From: Octopus sinensis | Lineage: Eukaryota | Assembly: GCF_006345805.1 (NCBI RefSeq) | Contig: NW_021835501.1 | Location: forward strand, 1-52,408 | Length of the DNA stretch: 52,408 nt | Direction: 5' to 3' | Shown here: positions 37,175 through 49,904 of the stretch, piece after piece | How positions within the stretch are numbered: the stretch's first letter is position 1 | Layout: every line of letters begins with the position of its first letter | Made by a program: the position numbers and the translations under genes | Notes under the pieces: generated by a model | Told to the model about the DNA's origin: nothing | Database searches by the model: none | What the model saw: the letters and a program-made list of their open reading frames with translations, nothing else

Positions 37175-37550
37175 AGGTTTCTGAGTTCAAATTCCACCGA
37201 GGTCGACTTTGCCTTTCATCCTTTTGGGATCGATAAAGTAAGTACGAGCTGAGCAATGGGGGTCGATGTAAACGACTCACCTCCTCAGTCCAACTTTCTG
37301 GTCTTGTGACTAAATTTGAAGCCAACCCAGGGACAAAGCTATAGCGATTTAGATGTAAGGCGGCTGGTCGAGACTATTGACTCCAGTGCTTTGGTACCTG
37401 ATTTTGTCGACTTCGTGGAGTGGTGGTGGTGGTGGTGGGGTGTTGAAAAAAACCAAGCTAACCTCGATGAAATTTGAACTCAGAACATAAAGAGCTGAAA
37501 TAAAAAAAACTTCAAGGAACTTAGTCCGATGCTTTAACAGTTCTGCCAGT
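37175..37550. mobile_element. Two diverged SINE M copies in opposite orientation
   Basis: Plus copy ~37175-37320, minus copy ~37350-37550. Confidence 0.65.
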
Positions 37551-37563
37551 CCTCCAAGTACGC

Positions 37564-37605
<42 letters not shown>

Positions 37606-38389
37606 GCATACATATATACATACATTCATATATACAAAAACACATACACGCACACATGTACATACGTATGTATATATATTTATAAACACACACACACACG
37701 CACACACGCACATATATAGATATGTATATGGACGTAGGCGTATATATATAAATACATATACACACATGTATATGCGACTATATTCATACATACATATACG
37801 TATGCATGTGTGTATGTGTGTGTATATATATATATATATATATAACACATGTATATGCGAATATATTCATACATACATATACGTATGCATGTGTTTGTGT
37901 GTATATATAGACACACATGTATATGCGAATATATTCATGCATACATATACGTATGCATGTGTGTATATATATATATATATATTATATATAATATATATAT
38001 ATATATATAGAAAAATACACACTCACACACGCATATATATATATGTATAATATATATATATATATAATATATATATCTATATATATACAAAAGCATGTAC
38101 ATGCAAATATATATATACACATGTATATACGTATATTTTCATACATACTTATATGTGTGTGTATCACACACGCACACATACTCACACACACACACATATG
38201 TCGACATACGTATATATGTGTGTATGCATACGCAAAGACAAACATACGTGTACATGTATCGCTTATTATAATAAGCACTTCAAATGCTGTTATGAATTCA
38301 TTCTATAGCAACCAAAAATGAAAATAAATAATAAATAAATACATAAAAAGAAACTCCATAAACAAACAAATAAGTAATGAATAAAACAT

Positions 38390-38463
<74 letters not shown>

Positions 38464-39294
38464 TAAAATATAATGATAAAATAAATACATACGATACAAT
38501 ACAACACAATACGAAAACGAAGAAGACAGCGCGCTCAGGTTCAACCTTTTACGTGCGTCATACCGCTTAGCACGGTTAGAGCCGTTATTCAGAGAAGATT
38601 TTTATGAATAGGCCGTTTATTATATGCTTTCCGACTAGGCTGATAGCTTCACATTCCAGTGAGACCGGTACAAAATCAATATTTCACGCAGACCAGCACG
38701 TCTTTGATTCATTCACAGAAATCGTATAGGTAAATAGATTTATATTTTGATATTTTTGTGCATGCGAGAAACTAGTGGAACACGATCGGCGGATTTATCA
38801 CACAGTTAGTTATTATGTAAAAAGAAGGAAAGAAAGAAAGAAAGAAAGAAAGAAAGGAATAAAGGAAGAATGGAAGAAAACAAGGAGAGATGAAATAATG
38901 AATGAGTTTAAATAAGTAAATAAGTAAATAAATAAATATAATAAAGAGATGATACCGGAAAGAAATCACTGTCATGAGATATAAGATTTATTACACGAAG
39001 TTTGTAGTTGTTAATCAACTGTAATCACTAGAAGGATTTCCAAGAGACTCGATGGAGTGGGTCGGAGCGTTGGGGATTGAGTCGGTAGAGAATCGATTCA
39101 GAGTTCATGCATCGCACGTATGCACGCACGCGCACGCACACACAGACACAGACACACATTCGCACGCACACACATACACACACACACGCGCGCACAAACA
39201 CATACAGACACACAAACACAGACACAAACGCACATGCATTCACGTAAATACGTAGTGTCGTTCTTATATCCACATGTACAAGTATAGGTGCACG

Positions 39295-39575
<281 letters not shown>

Positions 39576-39724
39576 TATCTGTGTAATATATATATATTAT
39601 ATATATATATATATATATATGCGTATGTGCGTGCCTGTACGTTTGTGAGCGTATGCGCATCTGTATATGCATGTGCATACACACACACACACACTCGCAC
39701 ACTCATATGTATCACACACACACG

Positions 39725-39756
<32 letters not shown>

Positions 39757-40039
39757 CATACACTCGCACGCTTGTATATTCTCGAAGACGTGCGTGTGTG
39801 CATGTGCGCTCGTGTCAATGAAATTGCACAGGCGGAGAATTTGTGGAGGAAACCAGCCGGATGGAATTCAAAGCTTTGCTTATACCCAGTATCGCACTTT
39901 TTACTATGGCCCTGTCTTGGGATTAACTTAAAAGTACATATACATGTCAGTCTTTGAAAGGAATACTCACAATAAACCAATGACTAGATGATAAATTTTG
40001 GCTCCATCGAACAGCTAGAGTATTCATATATGTACGCCG

Positions 40040-40545
40040 ATACATACATACATACATACATACATACATACATACATACATGCATACATAGATACATACA
40101 TACATACATACATACATACATACATACGTACATACATACATACATACATACATACATAAATACATACATACATACACACATACATGCATACATGCATACA
40201 TACATACATACATACATACATACATACATACATACATGCATACATAGATACATACATACATACATGCATACATAAATACATACATACATACACACATACA
40301 TGCATACATGCATACATACATACATACATACATGCATACATAAATACATACATACATACACACATACATACACACATACATACATACATACATACATACA
40401 TGCATACATGCATACATACATACATACACACATACATACACACACATACATACATACTTGCATACACACATACATACACACACATACATACATACTTGCA
40501 TACACACATGTATTTATATGTATATATATGTGTATATATCTGTGT
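40040..40545. repeat. (CATA)n array with CATG variants
   Basis: Direct reading. Confidence 0.95.
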
Positions 40546-40553
40546 GTATATGT

Positions 40554-40594
<41 letters not shown>

Positions 40595-40736
40595 AATTCA
40601 TGTGCATATATATGTATATATGCATGAAAATATATACACATACATGCATACATTTACACACACACACACATAAATACACACATAAATATATATGCATATA
40701 TATGTGTGAGTATATATATATGTATGTGCATGTATA

Positions 40737-40806
<70 letters not shown>

Positions 40807-40990
40807 GTATGTGCATGCATATGTATGCATGAACAATTTAACATTTAACAGAAAAATCATTCAATGATTTTTAGTAAAGTTTATTTTGAAACTTTTACAA
40901 GAAGAGGGTGCTCATAGTGACTTCGAAGGCTTGCAGCCCGAAATTTCGAAGTCACTATTATCCCACTCCTTGTTCAACGTGTGTGTGTAT

Positions 40991-41032
<42 letters not shown>

Positions 41033-41482
41033 ATGCGCGTGTGTAACCAAAGTAAAGACAAGGCATATATAGTTTATAACCTGTACCATTAACAATAGTT
41101 TCAGTGGCGAGCGATAACCACATCATCAGAGAAAGAACATTATTAGATAAATCTTCATGTTAGTCACCGATGGTATTTATACGTAACAGGAACAAAGAAA
41201 AAATAAAAAAAAAGGAAAAAGAAAAGATAAATCTGCTGACACAAAGTGTTTATCACCGTATCAGAAAAACAGGAATTATCGGCTGCAGAATTGTATGCTC
41301 ATTGACAAGTGAGATATTAACTGAAATTAGGTGCCGTCAGCAATCGGACTCTTGCGACAGTCTAAAGCCATGTAAGGATAAAGTGCTACGGTAGTAATAA
41401 ATCTAATTGACAGAGATGTACTGGTGAGACAAACAACGTATGTAACAAACTTTCGGGATTAAAGTACAGACTTTCCATTAGA

Positions 41483-41902
41483 CCTATTTCTTTACTACAC
41501 ACAAGGGGCTAAACACAAAGAGGACAAACAAGGACAGACAAACGGATTAAGTCGATTATATCGACCCCAGTGCGTAACTGGTACTTATTTAATCGATCCC
41601 GGAAGGATGAAAGGCAAAGTCGACCTTGGCGGAATTTGAACTCAGAACGTAGCGGCAGACGAAATACCTGTTTCTTTATTACCCACATGGGGCTAAACAT
41701 AGAGGGGACAAACAAGGACAGACAAACGGATTAAATCGATTACATTGACCCCCAGTGCGTAACTGGAACTTATTTAATCGACCCCGAAAGGATGAAAGGC
41801 AAAGTCAACTTCGGCGCAATTTGAACTCAGAGCGTAGCGACGGGCGAAATACCGCGAAGCACTTCGCCCGGCGTGCTAACGTCTCTGCCAGTTCGCCGCC
41901 TT
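41483..41902 (-). mobile_element. SINE type M dimer
   Basis: Junction GACGAAATAC|CTGTTTC at ~41668. Confidence 0.9.
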
Positions 41903-42592
41903 ATCTATGGACAGGAAATAGCAACTAAGTATTTGACCAACAAAAGAATTATCGATGCCTCTAAACCCTCACGCTGTGTTAGAAAATATCGATTATATCG
42001 TACCAGTATGGAAAATAATATCACTCATATCATCAGTAGCTGTCTCAGATTTGTCTTAATTTAAACAAAATAACCAAGCCCCTTTGTTAGCGATCGGGTT
42101 CAGTTCCGCAAAAGAAAAAAAAGCACAAAAATAAATCGCAAAGAAATCACACTAAACCACCCCCACCATACACACACACACACACACACACACACTCATA
42201 TACAACACACACTAGCACTCACATGCACTCACCAACACACAAACAAACACGCATATACACTCACACACAAGCACATATACGCATATACACACGCGCGCAC
42301 GTAATTAAATTACTTTCCAAAACAACGATCCGTTAAAGTATCAGATCTATTATAAAACTGACCCGTGAATTGCCGATGCAAATCTCGTCAATTTTCCTAC
42401 TTTGTGTACAACGAACAGCGGATATAGCAGAAAATTTAACGTTTATTTGATTTGCTATGAAAATAAAAGTGATTGTAGAAGTTTCCGCTTCACGATGTGT
42501 TAAAATGGCAGTAATCCTTTTTCATGTTCACAAACGACTGATACCAAAATAATGTATTGAGATGTATTTAAGTTATTCTTGCTATTTCATTG

Positions 42593-43020
42593 GGATCTTT
42601 TCGGTTTGAACGGCAGTTTTTAAAAATATTTTCCACGTAACTAAACACTTTTAACTTCGTATACTGGTAGAATGTGTTTATAAAACATATTTTTCTCTTG
42701 GCTTTATTGAGAAAATTCTATAGTTTGTAAGATATTCGTTGTTTTTTTCTTTCTTCAATTTCTGCAATTTCACCCAATCAATGACGTCTATTGAGGTGAA
42801 AACATTCTGTGCCGTATGAATATGTCCCTCGTTTAAGAAACAGATTGTGTTTATTTACATTTGTGTGGAAGAAAAAAGATCCCTTCCCCCACCCCTAACC
42901 CTAACTAACCCTAACCCTAAAACAGATTGAAATGCAATAGATCGATACTAGGGTCATAATTATGGGTGACAATTTCATATGACAACGCTAGAAAAACTGC
43001 CGTTCAAACCGAAAAGATCC
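42593..43020 (+). mobile_element. GG-TIR MITE copy 4
   Basis: Same TIRs and interior; no clean TSD. Confidence 0.9.
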
Positions 43021-43409
43021 CAATTTTCTGGTTTTAAAAAGGTTTTAAAAATCATATTTTAAATTATGTAATAAAATTCTTTAATAAATATATTTCCATT
43101 GTAGATAACATCTGTAAAAAGATAGTTTTGAATTGAGCAGTGAAGGTTCGCTAGTTTGTAGTTTTCATTACACTGAGTAACAGAATTAAAATTTTTTTTT
43201 GTCTTTGATCAATAAGTGTTATTTCCTATTTGCTTCTATCTAGAAATTAAAGGAAATGACTACTATTCCCTTCAGACTTTGTTTTTGTGACCTGAAAATC
43301 AATGTTTTAAAACTGACCAATTTTCTGTTACATTTCAGATAGAGTCAGCGCTGAGTTGCTGAAGCAGAAAGATCGTTATAGAAAATATTCTGCTCAATAT
43401 TACAAATTT

Positions 43410-43830
43410 GCTTATACTCTTTTTACTCTTTTTTTACTCTTTTTACTTGTTTCAGTCATTTGACTGCGGCCATGCTGGAGCACCGCCTTTAATCGAGCAA
43501 CTCGACCCCGGGACTTATTCTTTTGTAAGCCCAGTACTTATTCTATCGGTCTCTTTTGCCGAACCGCTAAGTAACGGGGACATAAACACACCAGCATCGA
43601 TTGTCAAGCAATGCTAGGGGACAAACACAGACACACAAACACATACACGCATACATATATATACATATATACGACGGGCTTCTTTCAGTTTCCGTCTACC
43701 AAATCCACTCACAAGGCTTTGGTCGGCCCGAGGCTATAGTAGAAAACATTTGCCCAAGGTGCCACGCAGTGGGACTGAACCCGGAACCATGTGGTTGGTA
43801 GACAGCTACTTACCACACAGCCACTCCTTG
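43410..43830 (-). mobile_element. SINE type C, full length
   Basis: Same modules as 4733-5143. Confidence 0.9.
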
Positions 43831-43904
43831 AACATGTCCCTTAGTGGCTGATAATATGTGCATCTCTGACAAATGAGCAGGAGTAGTGGAGGAGCATCAT
43901 AGCC

Positions 43905-44120
43905 AGTCCATCACAGCGTTACTCAAGAAACAGGAAGAGAGAGTGAGAGAACGTTGTGGCGAAAGAGTACAACAGGGGTCGCCACTATCCCGTTGCCGGA
44001 GCCTCGTGGAGCTTTTAGGTGTTTTCGCTCAATAAACACACACAACGTTCGGTCTGGGAATCGAAACCGTGATCCTCCGACCGCGAGTCCGCTGCCCTAA
44101 CCACTAGGCCATTGTGCCGC
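43905..44120 (-). mobile_element. SINE type R
   Basis: GTCCGCTGCCCTAACCACTAGGCCATTGTGCC head on minus. Confidence 0.82.
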
Positions 44121-44299
44121 CATCAATAAAATATAGCTTACAACGAGATGAACATATTTTGTTACTATATATTGAATTGAAGGCGGCGAACTGGTAGAAT
44201 CATCAAAGCGTCGGACAAAATGCCTTTCGCTATTTCTTCCGACTCATTTCGTTCTGAGTTCAGATTCCGCCGGGGTCAACTTTACCTTTCATATCTCTA

Positions 44300-44740
44300 A
44301 TGATCAGAAAAGAAGAAAAAATAATCTCATCACTTTCAGATGAAGGATCTTTTCGGTTTGAACGGCAGTTTTTTCTAGCGGTGTGATATGAAATTGTCAC
44401 CCATAATTATGACCCTAGTATCGATCTATTGCATTTCAATCTCTTTTAAGGTTAGGGTTAGGGGTGGGGGAAAAGGTATATTTTTTTCTTCACAAATGTA
44501 AATAAACTCAATCTGTTTCTTAAACGAAGGACATATTCATACGGCACAGAATATTTTTTTTACCTCAATAGACGTCACTGATTGGTTGAAATTGCAGTTA
44601 CGTGGAAATTATTTTAAAAAACTGCCGTTCAAACCGAAACGATCCCAGATGAAACCTAGACAAATTTCTTGAAGGGATACCAGATAAGCCACCTTTACCT
44701 GCATACATCTCAGTCAACAACAACTCCCTACTTGAAAGGG
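44300..44740 (+). mobile_element. CR1/L2-type LINE 3' end remnant, split by a MITE
   Basis: With the MITE removed reads LITFR*NLDKFLEGIPDKPPLPAYISVNNNSLLE, like the LDKFL..IPD.P..P.Y..NSL C-terminus of these LINEs. Confidence 0.6.
44345..44645 (-). mobile_element. GG-TIR MITE copy 5 (internal deletion)
   Basis: 8-bp TSD CAGATGAA at 44337-44344 and 44646-44653. Confidence 0.92.
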
Positions 44741-44794
44741 CTACGATACCACAAAACTTCACTTAAAAATAACTTAACAGATCAAAAAAAAAAT

Positions 44795-44872
44795 GTCAAC
44801 TTACGGCTACGGGACTTGAACCCGTACCCTTCTGATACCGGTTGAGGACTTTACTATTAAGTTAAACGGCCC
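44795..44872 (-). other. Degenerate tRNA-like sequence
   Basis: GGGCCGTTTAACTTAATAGTAAAG...GGGTTCAAGTCCCG has A- and B-box-like motifs; no convincing cloverleaf. Confidence 0.4.
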
Positions 44873-45152
44873 ACTAACCGCACTTACTATCAATTTTAAC
44901 GCTGAATAATAATAGCTTTGGGTATGCTACTACATTTTATAAACAAACTTTTTGGAAGCATCAAGCATGTTCGGTATTTTATAGACAAGAAAGTAAACTC
45001 GGAACAGTATAACCGTGAACACAGCAAAAAGATTGGGTATTATACCTTTATATGGAGGAAAAAAGTTGCCAAAAGACAGCTACGTTTAAAATACATGGAG
45101 TTTTATCAGGGAATGAAACTTCGAAGATATACTGTCAACTTTATTAGTATTA

Positions 45153-45572
45153 ATAAAGCTACTTGTAACACCCACCCTTTGTGGTTAGCCACATTGAGAT
45201 GGCTATTATACTTTACATTGTCCAGCGGTTACTGTTTACATCTCGTTCAGAGATATATTATTGCTTGCAGACAGTTTTTCGAAATCAGTGACGGAAGTTA
45301 CTAGAAAAACACTGAAGTATTTGCATACAGGCTTTCCCTTTCATCGTAAACCGGTGATTACCGCCCGTTGACAAGAGGCAACAACCTCGAAACTGCAGTC
45401 CGTGCGTATCACTTAGGCTTACGAGAGAGGGATGGCCTCCCTTTGCAAATACCATAAGGGCACAGATAGTGTGCCTAAAGCCAGCTGGAGACAATGATCT
45501 CCTGGGGCTAAAAGCTACAGTAACACCCACCCTTTGTGGTTAGCCATATTGAGATGGCTATTATACTTTACA
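45153..45572 (+). mobile_element. Non-autonomous Penelope-like/retrozyme-like element
   Basis: Direct repeats 45155-45219 and 45511-45574; TSD TTTATTAGTATTA at 45140-45152 and 45573-45585; internal hammerhead. Confidence 0.75.
45363..45405 (+). ncRNA. Type-I hammerhead ribozyme motif, decayed core
   Basis: GCCCG TTGACAA GAGG-CAACAA-CCTC GAAA CTGCAG TC CGTGC; GUC cleavage triplet; core two transitions from CTGACGA. Confidence 0.7.
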
Positions 45573-45689
45573 TTTATTAGTATTATTTAGTAGATAATCT
45601 TTTAATGTGAAGTATGTTTGTCTGTGTTTTGTTTAGCCCAGAGTTGTCTCTGAGGTAACTGACCAATTGCAAAGTATTTTCTTCTTGAA

Positions 45690-46581
45690 ATACTGTAAAT
45701 CTGTGTCTTTCTTTTGATGGAAGTTTGTGGTTTAAGAGAGATTTTCCAAGATCAGCAAGGGCATGCTGAAGCGTTTCAGATAGAGTCTCAAGAAAGAAAG
45801 GAGAGGAGACTTCCCCAAGATCAGCAAATGCATGCTGCAGCACTTAATGCTGAATCATTAAAACGACGTTTTCATGATTAGACAGAGGTCCAGTAAAACA
45901 ACTCTCAGAAACAGACTACGTACAAGATCAGTACAAGAAGCCTGTAGTACGTCAAATGGAGTCTCAATACGGAAGGGAGATGAGACTTTCCCAGATCAGC
46001 AAAAGCATGCTGCAACATATCAGATGGAGTCTCAATACAGAAGCGAGATGAGATTTTCCCAAGATCAGCAAAGGAACGTCATATGGAATCTCAAAAGAGA
46101 AGGGAGATGAACAGCTCCTCCCCAACCTTTTATGGATCTTCTGGAAGGCACTTCCATTCAATCAAAAAATTTTCTGAACAATATCAGACAATACAATTCT
46201 GCATTTCAAATGACATCATTTGGTTCGTCTAAGGAGATAGTTGAACGTGGATTTACGCCAATGTTCAAAGTTCAAGGGCAAGTCTATCACCTCATTGCGT
46301 CCCTGTTACCCCAAAAATGAACAACGAGTATATCCACTAACAGCTTGGCAGTGCGTTAAAAAATCACATACCCTCCACCCTCAATTTTCCATGACAGGTT
46401 AGGATCTAGAATACTCCAAACGGACACATGACATGTCGCTTAGTCGAATTAGCCCACTATTTACTCCACAAATGTTTTGTTGTCAATGCTTTACTTTCCC
46501 TTATTACCTGTTTCAACATAACTGTAATATATATACAAACTATGCCATTTTAACCCCGAACAACGCCGGGTAACTCTGCTA

Positions 46582-46582
<1 letters not shown>
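45690..46582 (+). mobile_element. Internally deleted Helitron with RepHel N-terminal fragment and 3' terminus
   Basis: PPQPFMDLLEG..NFLNNIRQYNSAFQMTSFG..FKVQGQVYHLIASLLP is a Helitron RepHel motif; degenerate ESQ..RL.QDQQ.HA repeats upstream; CCCG-N8-CGGG hairpin (46555-46570) then CTAG (46579-46582) before T; 5' end not located. Confidence 0.82.
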
Positions 46583-46649
<67 letters not shown>

Positions 46650-46784
46650 TACCCCTACTGCATATATCTCTCAGATATTTAGAAATGTAATATTTCTATT
46701 TTTGTAATCAGTGGATTTATTTCACTAGAATTCTTATATGTTTACAAGGGCTAGACAGGCATCTCCAACTAGCAGGCCAGGCTA

Positions 46785-46828
46785 ATCCAGACTGATGACG
46801 AGCAAAGACTCAGAAACTATCTCTGAAT
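46785..46828 (+). ncRNA. Type-I hammerhead motif in a Penelope-like remnant
   Basis: ATCCAGA CTGATGA C GAG-CAAAGA-CTC A GAAA CTA TC TCTGAAT; downstream CATAAGGGCACAGA..TGTGCC..GGGCTAAA shared with ~45453-45513. Confidence 0.6.
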
Positions 46829-46984
46829 GCAGGCTTAGTTGGGTGGGGGTGCTTGTCTCCCCCTTGTAAACATAAGGGCACAGAAAATGTGCCAAGGCCG
46901 ACAGGAAGCGTTGCTGCTTCCTAGGGCTAAATAGCAATGGTGTGATTCCCTTCATGGGACTGTCATATTGACAGTATACAACTA

Positions 46985-47410
46985 CTCTCTCTCTCATTCT
47001 CTCTCTCTCTGCTTGACAACCGATGCTGGTGTGTTTACGTCCCCGTCACTTAGCGGTTCGGCAAAAGAGACCGATAGAATAAGTACTGGGCTTACAAAGA
47101 ATAAGTCCCGTGGTCGATTTGCTCGACTAAAGGCGGTGCTCCAGCATGGCCACAGTCAATTGACTGAAACAAGTAAAAGAGTAAAGAGTATATGTTTTAT
47201 TAGTTCCCCATCACGACTTGACAATCGGTGTTGGTGTGTCTATGTCCTCGTAACTTAGCAGCTCGGCAAAAGATCGATAGAATAAGTACCAGGCTTTAAA
47301 GAAAGAAAAAAAAATAGGTACTGGGTGTTGATTCGTTCGACTAAAAATTCTTCAAGGCGGTGCCCCAGTATGGCCGTAGTCTAATGCTTGAAACAAGTAA
47401 AAGATAAAAC
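46985..47410 (+). mobile_element. Two consecutive SINE C tails
   Basis: GCTTGACAACCGATGCTGG... at ~47010 and a diverged copy at ~47215. Confidence 0.8.
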
Positions 47411-48029
47411 TTCCTACATGAGGTGAACAGGTTTGCATTTCTTTCCCACATGTACCGACCCCCCACCCTTACTCATTACAATTCTTTTTATTAATCAGTA
47501 TTTCTTCATTTTATTCCGATATGCCTGGAGGATTCTCATTTTCTTTCGACATACAAAAAATAAATAAATAAAATAAAGACAAAACAAAAACTCTCAGAAT
47601 TCACACCGCAAAAAGGTAAATAAAAGAAATAAAAATATCTAGAAAATAATAAATAATAAATAAAAATAAAAATCTAGAAATAAAAAGAATAAAAAAAATA
47701 AAAACAAATGTCTAGCAATAAAAAATATATAAAATTTCTACTTGGAAAAATCTACATTTTTCTAATTTCTTTTAGTATTTCCTCTAGCTTTTTTTTCTCA
47801 TCAATATACTTTATTGTTAATAGTAGAATATGATAAAGCAAATGAAATTCAAACACCAAATTAAATTTGTTGAAGTTGGTTATGAAAATTCTGCCAAGTA
47901 GTAAAACGAAGAAAATTTCAGTGTAAAAATGGAATTTGTAGAAATTTAATACAATACTTTCCCTAAAGAATAATTTTCATGTTTCTTAACTTTCATATTT
48001 TTTTCCCTCCCACATCGAGTTTTTATAAA

Positions 48030-48084
<55 letters not shown>

Positions 48085-48289
48085 TTCTGCTGAAATGATT
48101 AAATTTGAGTGAAATCAATTGGAAAACAATGTAAAGATAAATAAATAGTAGATAAATAAAAAATAAAATGAAATAAGAATGAATTGAAATGAAAATAAAA
48201 TAGAATAACAATAAAAAATAAAATAAAAAATCAATAAAAGTAGAATAAAATATAAAAAAAAGAACGAATATATATAAAAAGATGTAATA

Positions 48290-49049
48290 ATCTTTTCTGC
48301 TTTAGGCACAAAATTTTTGGGTAGGGGGCCAGTCAATTAGATCGACCCCAGTACGCAACTGGTACTTAGTTTATCGACCCAGAAAGGATGATAGGCAAAG
48401 TGGATCTCGGCGGAATTTGAACTCAGAACGTAAAGACGAACGAAATACCTATTTCTTTACTACCCACAAAGGGCTACACACAGAGAGGACAAACAAGGAC
48501 AGACAAACGGATTAAATAGTTTATATCGACCCCAGTGCGTAACTGGTACTTATTTAATCTACCCCGAAAGGATGAAAGCCAAAGTCGACCTTAGCGGAAT
48601 TTGAACTCAGAACGTAGCGGCAGACGAAATACCTATTTCTTTACTACCCACAAGGGGCTAAACACAGAGAGGACAAACAAGGACAGACAAACGGATTAAA
48701 TAGTTTATATCCACCCCAGTGCGTAACTGGTACTTATTTAATCTACCCCGAAAGGATAAAAGGCAAAGTCGATCTCGGCGGAATTTGAACTCAGAACGTA
48801 AAGACAGACGAAATACCTATTTCTTTACTACCCACAAAGGGCTACACACAGAAGGGACAAACAAGGACAGACAAACAGATTAAGTCGATTATATCGACGC
48901 CAGTGCGTAACTGGTACTTATTTAATCGACCCCGAAAGGATGAAAGGCAAAGTCGACCTCGGTGGAATTTGAACTCAGAACGTAGCGGCAGACGAAATAC
49001 CGCAGAGCATTTCACCCGGCGTGCTAACGTTTCTGCCAGCTCGCCGCCG
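48290..49049 (-). mobile_element. SINE type M tetramer (head + A + A + A + B)
   Basis: GAAATAC junctions end at 48448, 48632, 48816, 49000 (period 184). Confidence 0.92.
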
Positions 49050-49329
49050 TGAAAAATGTGAATATTGATTATTTATTAGTCAACGACGCGTCACGTCACC
49101 GAAGATTACGTCTTTGCATCCGATCGTGTAATATTCTTGATGACAATAACATCTGTAAATTTTCTCCAGGCTTTTATTTAGTACAAGAAATGCTTCACCT
49201 ATATTCTTGCCTTCTTCTGTCATGTGTGTGTGTGTGTGTGCACGCCCGCGCTTGTGTCTGTGTGTATGCGTGCGTGTGTATATGCGTATGTTTGTGTATT
49301 TGTGGTATCTTTTCTCCAACTTTTCCTTA

Positions 49330-49770
49330 TATGTTATATTTCTCTTTTATCTTTTACTTGTTTTAGTTGTCAGATTGCGGCCATGCTGAAGCACTGCTTT
49401 GAAGAATGTTTAGTCGAATGAATCGACTTATTATTGTTTTAAAAGCCCGGTACTAATTCTATCGATCTTTTTGCCGAACTGCTAAGTTACGGGGGACGTA
49501 GACACACCAATACCGGTTATCAAGTGGTGGTGGTGGGAGACAAACACAGATACAAAAGCACACACACACACACACACAACACACACACACACACACACAT
49601 ATTTATGACGAGCTTCTTTGAGTTTCCGTTTCCCAATTCCACTCAGAAGGCTTGGGTCGGTCTGAGACCATAGCAGAAGTCACAAGCTCAAAATGCCACA
49701 TCCAGTGGGATTGAACCTAGAACCATGTGGTTGGGAAGCAAACTTCTTAGCACAAAGTCACACCTGCGCC
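49330..49770 (-). mobile_element. SINE type C, diverged
   Basis: All modules recognisable. Confidence 0.78.
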
Positions 49771-49904
49771 TTTACGCTTTCTTCTGTCTGCATCTAATCA
49801 AGGATATAAGCCAATGTCCAACGCTTTACTGTTGTTTAGCCATTGGACAGCCTGGCTCAGGCAGCCTATGCATGATCAAAGACAAAGTCCATCTACCACC
49901 ATCT

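Noticed and set aside
39861-39926. MEFKALLIPSIALFTMALSWD signal-peptide-like ORF
   Set aside because: Stops after 21 codons, weak acceptor and no donor
39947-40848. Overlapping 150-237 aa ORFs
   Set aside because: (CATA)n frames lack stops by construction; the same applies to 28060-28684, 29348-29877 and 37349-38321
44918-45304. 128-aa ORF
   Set aside because: Crosses the TSD-defined boundary of an inserted element; no recognisable motifs
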